NCBI GenBank assembly: GCA_051453625.1
Contig: JBOZIK010000001.1
Span: 14,272,035-14,304,823, forward strand
Origin: Welwitschia mirabilis
Taxonomy: Eukaryota
DNA length: 32,789 nt
Direction: 5' to 3'
Shown: one piece after another, positions 23,782-32,789 of the stretch
How positions within the stretch are numbered: position 1 is the first letter of the stretch
How the letters are laid out: each line of letters starts with the position of its first letter
Made by a program: the position numbers and the translations under genes
Notes under the pieces: model-generated
The model's database searches: none
What the model saw: the letters and a program-made list of their open reading frames with translations, nothing else
Told to the model about the DNA's origin: nothing

Positions 23782-25039
23782 TGTTGTCATGCATATTTGT
23801 GCAAATGTTATGCTCTTAAGAAGATCTTATCATTTAAAAATAAATATAGATTTTGCATAACATAACATACTAATATAGATAAAAGTTTAACCTAAATGTC
23901 ATATTCTCATCGAAGACATAGGCTAAAAGAAAGATAATTGATTTCAAAATGGAACACTAATGTACTTTAATAGTAAAAATAAATAACAATGTAAAAAATA
24001 ATAATGTAAGCACACTTATGCAAATATAAGCAAAGTATAAATTTCATCTGATTACCGGATCGTCTTGTCATAGAGATCAGCCCTATATAACCTAGATTAA
24101 TCAATAAATATCATTATTCAATTGAGACTAATCTAAGCTATCAATACATTAAATAGAATAGAAAACTACATAAAGTTAATCTACAAAAGAAAAGATAATG
24201 CATCTAAATTAATAATGCTCAATCTCAACAAAGATTGTTCTCATAATCTATATCACTAAAGAAGATGTTATAGAATCAGAATCAACATAAACTATAAGGG
24301 ATATGTATATAATAAGTATAAGGAAATAGAAAAGATTTCTTTGAATTAGTTTTGAATCAAAATCCATATTACAAAGTAGCCATACCTCAATGAAGGAAAC
24401 ACAACCCAACACCAAGGAAGACATCTCTCTATAACTACAATGGATGAAACTCCAGCCCTTTGATCTCTTATCATAAGAATTTTTGGTGAAAGAAAAGATA
24501 AGAAGAAGTTAAGGATGGAGTCCATACTTATTAATAAAAACATACTTACAAAGAAATAAGATAAATAGACATGGATACAATCCTAACAACCATGCAAGAA
24601 ACACAAAGATAAATGATCAAAGTTAGGTGAATATTAATGGAGTATTATTTCAAATATCATCCTACTGGTTATTTGAATGATATAGGAGATTGTACCATCT
24701 CATAAGAATTCTGTATTATCTACCACATTGATTCTAGTAAGCATCTCCATTGGCTTAATTGTTTTGTCATTAGTATAGTTGTCTGAATGATGAAGTGGAT
24801 GATAGGCTTTTTACAAGTATCCATGTAATGCATTAGCCTTAATGTTTGTAGGAAGTTTACTTTAAAATAGAAAATATTATAAACTACTTTAAATGATATA
24901 AAATATCATGAAGATTACATGTTTTTGCATCTTTCATCGCAACTCTTCATTATTATAGAAATCTAGCATAAACCTATCTCATATCCTACAAAACTACTCA
25001 AAATATTATATCAAATATATACAAGTTGATAGCGCAACA
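23782..25039 (-). repeat. 5' LTR of element B (1258 bp)
   Basis: TGTTG...CAACA terminal inverted repeat; homologous to 12435-13469; flanked by the PBS and the TSD. Confidence 0.93.
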
Positions 25040-25044
25040 TGGGG
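25040..25044. repeat. Right copy of the target-site duplication of B (TGGGG)
   Basis: Directly follows CAACA, and the integrase of A resumes here. Confidence 0.8.
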
Positions 25045-26113
25045 CTTACTATTAAGTGAATAAAACTAAAATAAAAATCCTCCATGTGGTTTTTATTGGT
25101 CATTTACTTTTAAAGACTCCTATTTTTATTGCAAATCATTTGATAATTATCAAAAGTTAGAAAGTCTTTCACAAAGATAAATGGTGCCTTTAAATCCCAT
25201 TCTTACTATTAAACCTTTCAACATATGGGAAATTTATTTTTAAGACCCTTATCCATTATTAAATGAGTATTAATATATCCTTATTTATGTAAATTACCTA
25301 ACTAAATGGGTTTAAGCATGTGCTTAATATGAAAAAAATGCTCAAACAATGGTTAAATTCTTTAAAGAAAATGTCTTAACTTATTTTAGCTATTCATGTA
25401 TTTGTATTAGTAATGAAGGGATGCACTTTTACAATAAAACATTTAACAACCTTCTTACTAAATATGGGGTTAGTCATAAAGGTGAAACACATTATCATCC
25501 ACAAAAAGGTGGCCAAGTTAAGATTATGAATAGGAAACTTAAGAAAATACTTCAAAAAGTAGTAAACTTAACATGAAAAAACTATTCTTTCGAACTTAAA
25601 AATATATTGTGGGCATACCAAACTACTTACAAAAATATCCTTAGGAATGTTACCTTTTCAATTGGTCTATAGTTAAGCATGTTATTTACCTCTAAAACCT
25701 GAGCATAGGGCTTACTTAATGGTCAACAATATGAACTTATACTTAGAGGTTATAAGAAAAAATAGATTCATACAAATCAACGAACTAGATAATATTAGAA
25801 ATAAAACCTATGAAAATATAACAATAAATAAGGATAGAAAGATGAGGTTCCATGGTCAACATACCTTTAGAAACAATTTTTAAGAGGGATAACTAGTCTT
25901 GCTATATAACTCATGCTTACATCTTTTTCTAGGCAAAATAATAACTAAGTGAAAAGGATCCTTCTTAATAAAAAAAGGTTTTACCACATGAAGTATTTCT
26001 CATTAAAAATCCCAAAACTATAACTCTTCAAAGTCAATGGATATGACCTCAAACATTATCATTTACCTACTTTAGTAACTTATAAATCTATAATGCTTAC
26101 TAATCTAGGTTAA
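25045..26113 (+). pseudogene. pol: Remainder of the element A integrase
   Basis: KIL-CGFYW..FKD, MVPLNPIL...W, YHPQKGGQVKIMNRKLKKILQK (ORF 25349-25576), LWAYQTTYK, and FKVNGYDLKHY near 26027-26059. Confidence 0.92.
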
Positions 26114-27341
26114 TGACCTTAAACAAATATCATTAATAAAAGATCTCATTTTCACCTAAGTAGTAGCTAAAATTAAGTATACTTATGGGTTTTTTAAGGA
26201 AGTGTTATGCTTATTGCAAGTGTACTGGTTAAAGGGAATTTTACTTAAGGTCTTTGATTTCAATAAAACTTGTTTGAAGAGTTGAAATCTACCTTCATGA
26301 ATTTTCTTTAAGTCTAAAGCCTTTAATGGAAATAATATTTGTCTTGATTAGGCTAATAACCCAAAGACCCCCTTAAATGTGTAATAAAAAATGATAATGA
26401 AAAGAAAAATAAAAGAATCATAATATATATTTTTTCCAAAGGCACATCACATTAATCACTCAATTGGATTTAGTTAATTGCACAAGGGCTATGGAAACTC
26501 ACTGGCAATGCAATTCTCATGATATAATTATGACATGTTTAACTACATTAGGGCTAAAAATGCTCACTAGCAATGTAACACTCATTTTTTTATAATACAA
26601 TGTGCTTAACTTTATTGGCAAAAAATTTCATAATACTAAATGCTCAATGTGATTTAAAGGTTTAAACTAAGATATATATATTGGTAGAAATGAATAATAG
26701 AGAAACGATAGAGGTAGGAATAAAATGCCTTTTATAACTTATTGTCTTTTAACTCTCATACTTGTAATTTGCTAACAAGTTGTTGAATTCGTATAAGTTA
26801 CATGATCAAGACTGCACCTAATTGATTATGAGAGCTACTAAAAACTACTAGAATATAATAAATGCCATTAACTCAGGATAGTTCACTTATTTATTTATCA
26901 ATTTTTTTCACTCATTTGATGCATTTTTTATCTCCTCTTCACTCTGCATCATTTCACTTTATACTAGTTCCATAAGAAATAACTCCTTAGGAATTAATTA
27001 TTTTTACAGATAGATTTTCCACTTAGCAAATGTTTGGTTATAAATATTTTTAATTTCCCCCATAGCTTAATTTACATCATTTTTAATAAAGGAACTCTTT
27101 GCGATATTCTCAAATAACTTAATGTTTTCAATATAAACTTTGAGGATAAAGTCGAGTTTTAATTAGGGGGTATGACATCTGATTTTTAACACCAAAATTA
27201 TTTATTTTGATATCTTAATTACTTAAAATTGGTGATAAAATTTTCAAAGTTACATATTTATCACACTTTAATACATTTGTCTTTGATAATTTTTCCATAT
27301 TTAATCAGTTTATTATCATTGTTTTTTGCTAAGACACTAGT

Positions 27342-27361
27342 AAAAAGCTAGTTAGAGGGTA
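27342..27361 (+). promoter_or_regulatory. Polypurine tract of element A
   Basis: AAAAAGCTAGTTAGAGGGTA immediately before the TG of the 3' LTR, preceded by a TTGCTAAGACACTAG block resembling the Athila pre-PPT motif. Confidence 0.7.
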
Positions 27362-28557
27362 TGTTAGCATGTAAAAATTGACATTATGATTACGTTAAAT
27401 AACTAATTAACCTTAATAGAATACATTAATATCATTAAATTTATCATAAAAACATGTATTATATTATTTTTCACATTAATTATGAACTAAACTATTTCCC
27501 ATAACATTTTTAGGTGTATTATGCTCAATTGGAGGACATACCTTAATTTTATTTTTAATCTTCTTAAAATGTTGATTCTTTAATTAAGACCATAGGTTCC
27601 ACTCACCTATGTGCTTAAATCACCTCTAAACTCACATTCCTGACATGTTATGGAAAATTAGATAGTATGTAGTTATAGGCTTAATTAAATTTCACATCAA
27701 AAAATAATCATATTCTTATTGACATGTGGTAGTGGTGATAAAGGATTTGTAGAATAACATATAACATTGTTGAATAGGATAATGGTGGAAACACATGGCT
27801 ATGATAGCATTTGGTAGTAGTTTCTACACTCTAAAGTCAAGTTTTAGTAGTATCATAAGCATCTTCACCAAATGAAAAAGATGATAATCCACCCTACTTT
27901 AATTATCATGATTATGTAACCATCCATTTAATGGTATAAGCCAAGAGCTTGTAACCACCCCTCACTCTTCGCTCATCCTATATAAGGGACTTGAACCCTT
28001 TATTATATTAATTCTTGACTTAAAGAATTAAAAAACCTTAGATCATTGACTTTAAATGCCTTTTTAGAGGACTCTTTAGAGGAGTAAGCTTGTCTTCAAG
28101 GATTTCTTAAGGAGTTCTTCTTACTTCCTTCTTCCTTTGTTAAAAAGTTATTCCTTTGTATAATACAAAATTTATTTCCCTTTGGTTCCAATTAATGAGT
28201 AAAATTATAATTAAAATTCTTAGGTAACTTCTTTAAGTATTAAGTTTTGATTATATGAATCCACTTTTATTACTTAATTTTTTAATTTCATAGATCTTGA
28301 GTACTTTAGAAGTCCTTACTTTATATTTTTATTTCAAGCTAAAGTACTAATTAGATTCATCATTTATCATATGATGGATGGAACCATGTCTCATGAATTT
28401 GACAGAAAGTGACTGATGGTTTTTATTGTCTTGTAGGAAGGCAATTGGACAACATTGAAGTAAAGGATTACTTAGGATAAATTAACAATACCTTGGAGCT
28501 AGTTTGCTTTTCTATTCTCTAAGATAAATTTCAACTCAACTTTAAACTTCAACTTAT
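27362..28557 (+). repeat. 3' LTR of element A (end hidden in the gap)
   Basis: Colinear with 6123-7307, including the shared TCTTGAGTACTTTAGAAGTCCTTACTTT. Confidence 0.92.
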
Positions 28558-28720
28558 NNNNNNNNNNNNNNNNNNNNNNNNNNNNNNNNNNNNNNNNNNN
28601 NNNNNNNNNNNNNNNNNNNNNNNNNNNNNNNNNNNNNNNNNNNNNNNNNNNNNNNNNNNNNNNNNNNNNNNNNNNNNNNNNNNNNNNNNNNNNNNNNNNN
28701 NNNNNNNNNNNNNNNNNNNN

Positions 28721-29180
28721 TCAAATAATGAATAGAAGGCTCTAAAGCCCATTTGAAAATCTTTTTGATAGTGTGTTTCTTCTTTGTTACTTACACTTTA
28801 TCTCTTTCTACATTAAAAGTTCTTACATGATCATATTCTTCCTAGTAATCAACTTCTTCTAGTGATGATGTTTTTATGTCCTAAAGATATTGGACCTTCT
28901 TGCGTATATTCACTAGTCTTTATTTTAAATTGTCATGGTATCTTCTCTTATCAAGGATTCATTTTATCACTTTTCTTTGAGTCGATCCCTTATTTATCAT
29001 ATCTCCACCACTTGTAAGGGTCCTTACCCTTGGTTTAAAATCTCCCCTCTATTATTTTACTGCCTTCCCTCTATAATTTTTGGCTACCTTTTTAGAGTGA
29101 ATTTTTTTAAAATAATTTTATTATTTTTTAAGAGGCCTACTTTTCCAAGCATCATCATATTTTAGAGAGATGAGAGCAAA
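28721..29180 (-). pseudogene. Possible very old gypsy gag remnant
   Basis: Minus-strand fragments G*GPL..IRDRLKEK, EEYD and RFSNGL appear in the order expected for retrotransposon gag, but need several frameshifts. Confidence 0.25.
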
Positions 29181-32100
29181 ATAAAGAGGTGGTAAGATTA
29201 TTATCATTATGATCCATAATGAGAATGAAGAGGTGGTTGTCAACTTGGATAGTGCATAATGTAGAGGACCCATAAAAGCAAAACAATATGCAGAAAGAAC
29301 TAAATAGAAAAAAGCATTACAAGAATGGATAATACTTGGAAAGAAAGCCATGAGGAATGTGAGGCTAAAATTTATAGCATTTAGGATGTTGTCATGTTTT
29401 ATTAATCATTAAAATATTACATTTGGTAATGAGAGACTAATGTTTTGATAGTGAGAGATGAGATAATTAGGTGATGTGGCATAGTAGAAAAGCATGTAAT
29501 TTGGTAGTGAGAAATAATAGATGGCCATCTTAGATAGCTTGCTTTAATTCTATCTCCTAGCATTATGTACTATGGCATTTAGTAATGCCATATAAAGATG
29601 CAATCTTTAATTTGATCCACCATTCTTCATCTATTATAGTGTCAAATGGCATGTAAAGAATGCAATCTTCCTTTTATTGTCTTGCCATCCTATGTCTATA
29701 TGCATCTAGCACATTAGAAGAGTTATTTTAGACTAAAGTTAAAGATACTATTACTATTAGTATAGAAGCTATATTTCTATCATGTTATGACATTGATAAT
29801 TGGAGAATGGCCATAACAATGTTAAAAAATAAGTGAAGTAATAACTATCATCTTTATCTTAACAGATTGAGTAGTCATTCCACGAGAATTTTACAATGAT
29901 TACTAAGAAATAATGAGCAGATATGTGATTAGAATTTGTAAGAATAATAGCTAGAAGATAATTACAAGAAGAACATGATAAAGATTCCTTTTAATAAGAC
30001 ATCAAAGATAAAAACACCATGTTAAGAGTAAGGTTAGTGTAGAGTTTTCACAAATGAAGAGGACATAGTAAAAAAATTATAGGTGATAGGAGGTATGTAT
30101 TGCAAGAGGTAACGTGTGTTACAAGTAGTAATGAAACACCTATTTACACGGAAAAAAAACAGGACATGTGTATTGCATGTTCTATATGTGGAAGGATGAC
30201 ATAAAGGGGTGACTTAACAAAGAGGAAAAGAATCTCTTTACCATCAAACCATACACTTCTAGCTATGATGTGAGATTATCAAATGAAGTTACAATAAAGA
30301 AAATAATGCCAATGGAAGAAATAAATATGTCAAAGTTGATATCAAATCTTGTGAGTAAGACAAATCATGGAAAGAGGGGTGTTCACCATGACCTGAGTCA
30401 ACCATAATTACTATAATGACTATGTACATAAACATTAAGAAAAATATCCATAAAAACATTATGAATAATGTTTGCATAAGTTCATGCAGATAGATAAAGT
30501 AAGAAAAACATGTTCATATCCAAATTTTATAACTTATAGATTAAGATTCCTATTCTAATAAAGTCCTAATGTCATTCTCTTCATAGGGATAAATCAAGGT
30601 GGAATACTAAATCGATATAACACAAAACTCTCTTAACTGCAAAGATTCAAGATAAATAAAAAATTGAGAGAAATGAAATTGGATTTATATGGTGGTATAG
30701 GGAAATAAGATAACTCTAAAAGTCTAACTTAAATCATCCAATAGCAAATATTAATTTCAACTTTATATTGTAAATTCCTAAAATGAAACTTAAATTATTA
30801 AGTCATTATAACTTGGATTGTGGTGACATAATCTCATTCATCACATTAGGATTTCTAAATTCCCTAGTTTCTTTGGTCCTTTGTAGCCTATTATAAGTAT
30901 GAAAAGTAAGAATGAAAATTCTCAAGATTCATAAAATAATTTGACTTCAACTAAGAAGTAAACTTAAGGAAGTAACTTAATAAATAGAAAATACTCAATA
31001 ATGTAGTATTATATAATCATCAAAAGTATAGTGCTAACTACACTTAAAATCAAAAATGAATAACTACTATTTCATGAAAAATAGAAATTAAATTACATTG
31101 AGGGAAGAATGTAAAGCTAATATAGATTTCTAAAAGCTAGATTTAAAGCTAGTTCAGTCCTGAAGAAGAATGTTAAAAGTCATGTTAATGATTGATGCTA
31201 TAAAAGTTTCAAGTATTTACTAGCTACATATCTCCTCAACTAAAGGTATAAATTCCTTATTATAGGTAAAAATGGGTTAGGATTCCTCAATTAGTATTTT
31301 AAAATTTAGGGTTTTTATTCAAAAAATTAACACTTTTATGGTCACATGATTTGTTAAAGTTTGGTGTTGTAACTACCTAACCTCATAACTATAAATTTAT
31401 CACTTTTCCAAGATAATTTTAAAACATAACTCTTAATGTATCCTAGTATAAAGAATCAATAGCACTAGTGACTTAGATGATGGTGGTCATGACCTAGATG
31501 ACAACACCAGTGTTTTAAGATAAATTTTATTCTTCTTTTAACATGTTATCTAGAAGAAATAATTTTACTTGAATTTGTCATAAAAAAGGACATAAGTTTA
31601 TAAATCATGTTTAAAATGGTAGAATACATAATTTTATGATAAACATAATTTTATAATAAAACAACTAATTAAATATCTTTTCTTAAGATAAATTTATCTA
31701 ATATACTTGTTGTAAATGTTAATTTTTATATGTTATCATACCTCCTAACTAGACTGTCATTGGACTCTTAGCAAAATGCATGAAAAAGAAATGATTTAAC
31801 CTAGAAAAAATTGAATAAATACTTTCAATTATTAGAATTATATAACTTTTGAAAAATTTTAACCAATTTTTGAAAAATAAGATATCATAATTAGAAAAAT
31901 TCATTGAAAAATGGATATCATACCCATAACCAAAATTCAACTCTATTCTTAAAGGTTAAAAAGATAGAATATGTTAATATAATTATTGAGAACATGCTAT
32001 AACATCCTTAGGAAATATTTTTTATAGAAGGTTATTTTATTAGAAAATAGAAATATGCAAAGAAAAGATAACATGCTAAAACTACAATGCAGAGAAAAAG

Positions 32101-32789
32101 CTATCCAATCTAATTCATTTTGTATCAATACTAATTAAAACATCAATACATAATAAAAACAATTATCTTTAAAGTTATTTCTCATGAAAACCAGATGAGG
32201 TGAAGTTAATGTTAAAAATAAAAAATGATAATATGAATGCAACTCAATCATGTAAACTATGAATAAAAAATACTATCTACTTAAGCCAATGACCTTATTT
32301 TATTACAATTTTTGATGGAACTCAATATCAAATAGGTATAGCATTGGCTAAGTAACTTATGAAAATTCAAGTGTTAATAGAAAATCTTAAGTATAAAAGG
32401 TAAAGAAAATAGAACTTAAACATTCTCAAATTCCCACTTCTTCTTTCCATGATTTGCCTTTTCTATGATCATATGTATCCCTTGTTTTAAGCATTTGGAA
32501 CATATTAAGCACCCAATGTTATGGAATTTTCTTTCAATAAAATTAAGCATTTTATTTCTTAAAGAGATTTGTATTGCATTGCTAGTGAGCATATATAGCC
32601 CCTATGTAGTTGATTATGTCATAAATAGATCATTAGAGCTACATTACTAGTAAGTTTTTATAACCCTATGTATTATCAATAAATGAATATAATTATAAAT
32701 ACTATAAACTTGTAAAATTAATGCATTAATACCATGAGCCTTAGGATTTTTCTAAGAAGGAGTACCTAGCCTAAAAAGATTCTTGAGGA

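Larger units (their letters stand above)
12435..25039 (-). mobile_element. Element B: full-length decayed Athila-like Ty3/gypsy element (~12.6 kb) nested antisense in A
   Basis: Paired LTRs, TGTT...CAACA termini, TSD, minus-strand PBS, gag-PR-RT-RH-INT on the minus strand, and an extra ORF remnant after pol. Confidence 0.95.
6123..28557 (+). mobile_element. Element A: near full-length decayed Athila Ty3/gypsy LTR retrotransposon, host of nested element B
   Basis: Two homologous LTRs (from 6123 and 27362), a tRNA-Asp PBS, a PPT, and domain order gag-PR-RT-RH-INT. The right end falls in the gap 28558-28720. About 10 kb once B is removed. Confidence 0.93.

Noticed and set aside
13307..24805. 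Palindromic repeats as a CRISPR array or MITE
   Set aside because: They are dispersed, with no regular spacers, cas genes or TSDs, and are integral to a retrotransposon.
30289..30477. 62-aa hydrophobic ORF containing VDSG as a gene or copia protease
   Set aside because: A single short motif, with no convincing downstream copia domains.
30550..31510. Possible solo LTR on the minus strand
   Set aside because: No partner copy, TSD or defensible boundaries.
1..32789. Host species assignment, or RIP as the cause of decay
   Set aside because: Only plant-type retroelement lineages are recognisable, the species cannot be read from this sequence, and methylcytosine deamination is enough to explain the bias.

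Overview
AT-rich plant-type genomic DNA with seven N gaps, made almost entirely of old, heavily decayed LTR retrotransposons. I see no intact gene, RNA gene or CRISPR array. Left to right: (C) 1-2672, a minus-strand gag/protease fragment of an Athila-like Ty3/gypsy element. 2773-4940, the 3' end of a probable SIRE/Sirevirus copia element (extra-ORF tail, PPTs, 3' LTR). (A) 6123 to about 28700, a near full-length plus-strand Athila element with a tRNA-Asp PBS. Its integrase is split by (B) 12435-25039, a full-length minus-strand Athila-like element with a 5-bp target-site duplication, a decayed env-like extra ORF and a family of ~43-bp palindromes; B is the same family as C. 28721-32789 is mostly unassignable decayed repeat. 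The most unusual signals are the palindromes placed ahead of both putative transcription units of B, the RT of B lacking the Athila-typical insertion, and near-exclusive GC-to-AT decay that allows ancestral motifs to be rebuilt from the LTR pairs. I found no intact novel system; the palindrome plus extra-ORF idea is a hypothesis. Domain boundaries are approximate and identities are by-eye estimates.
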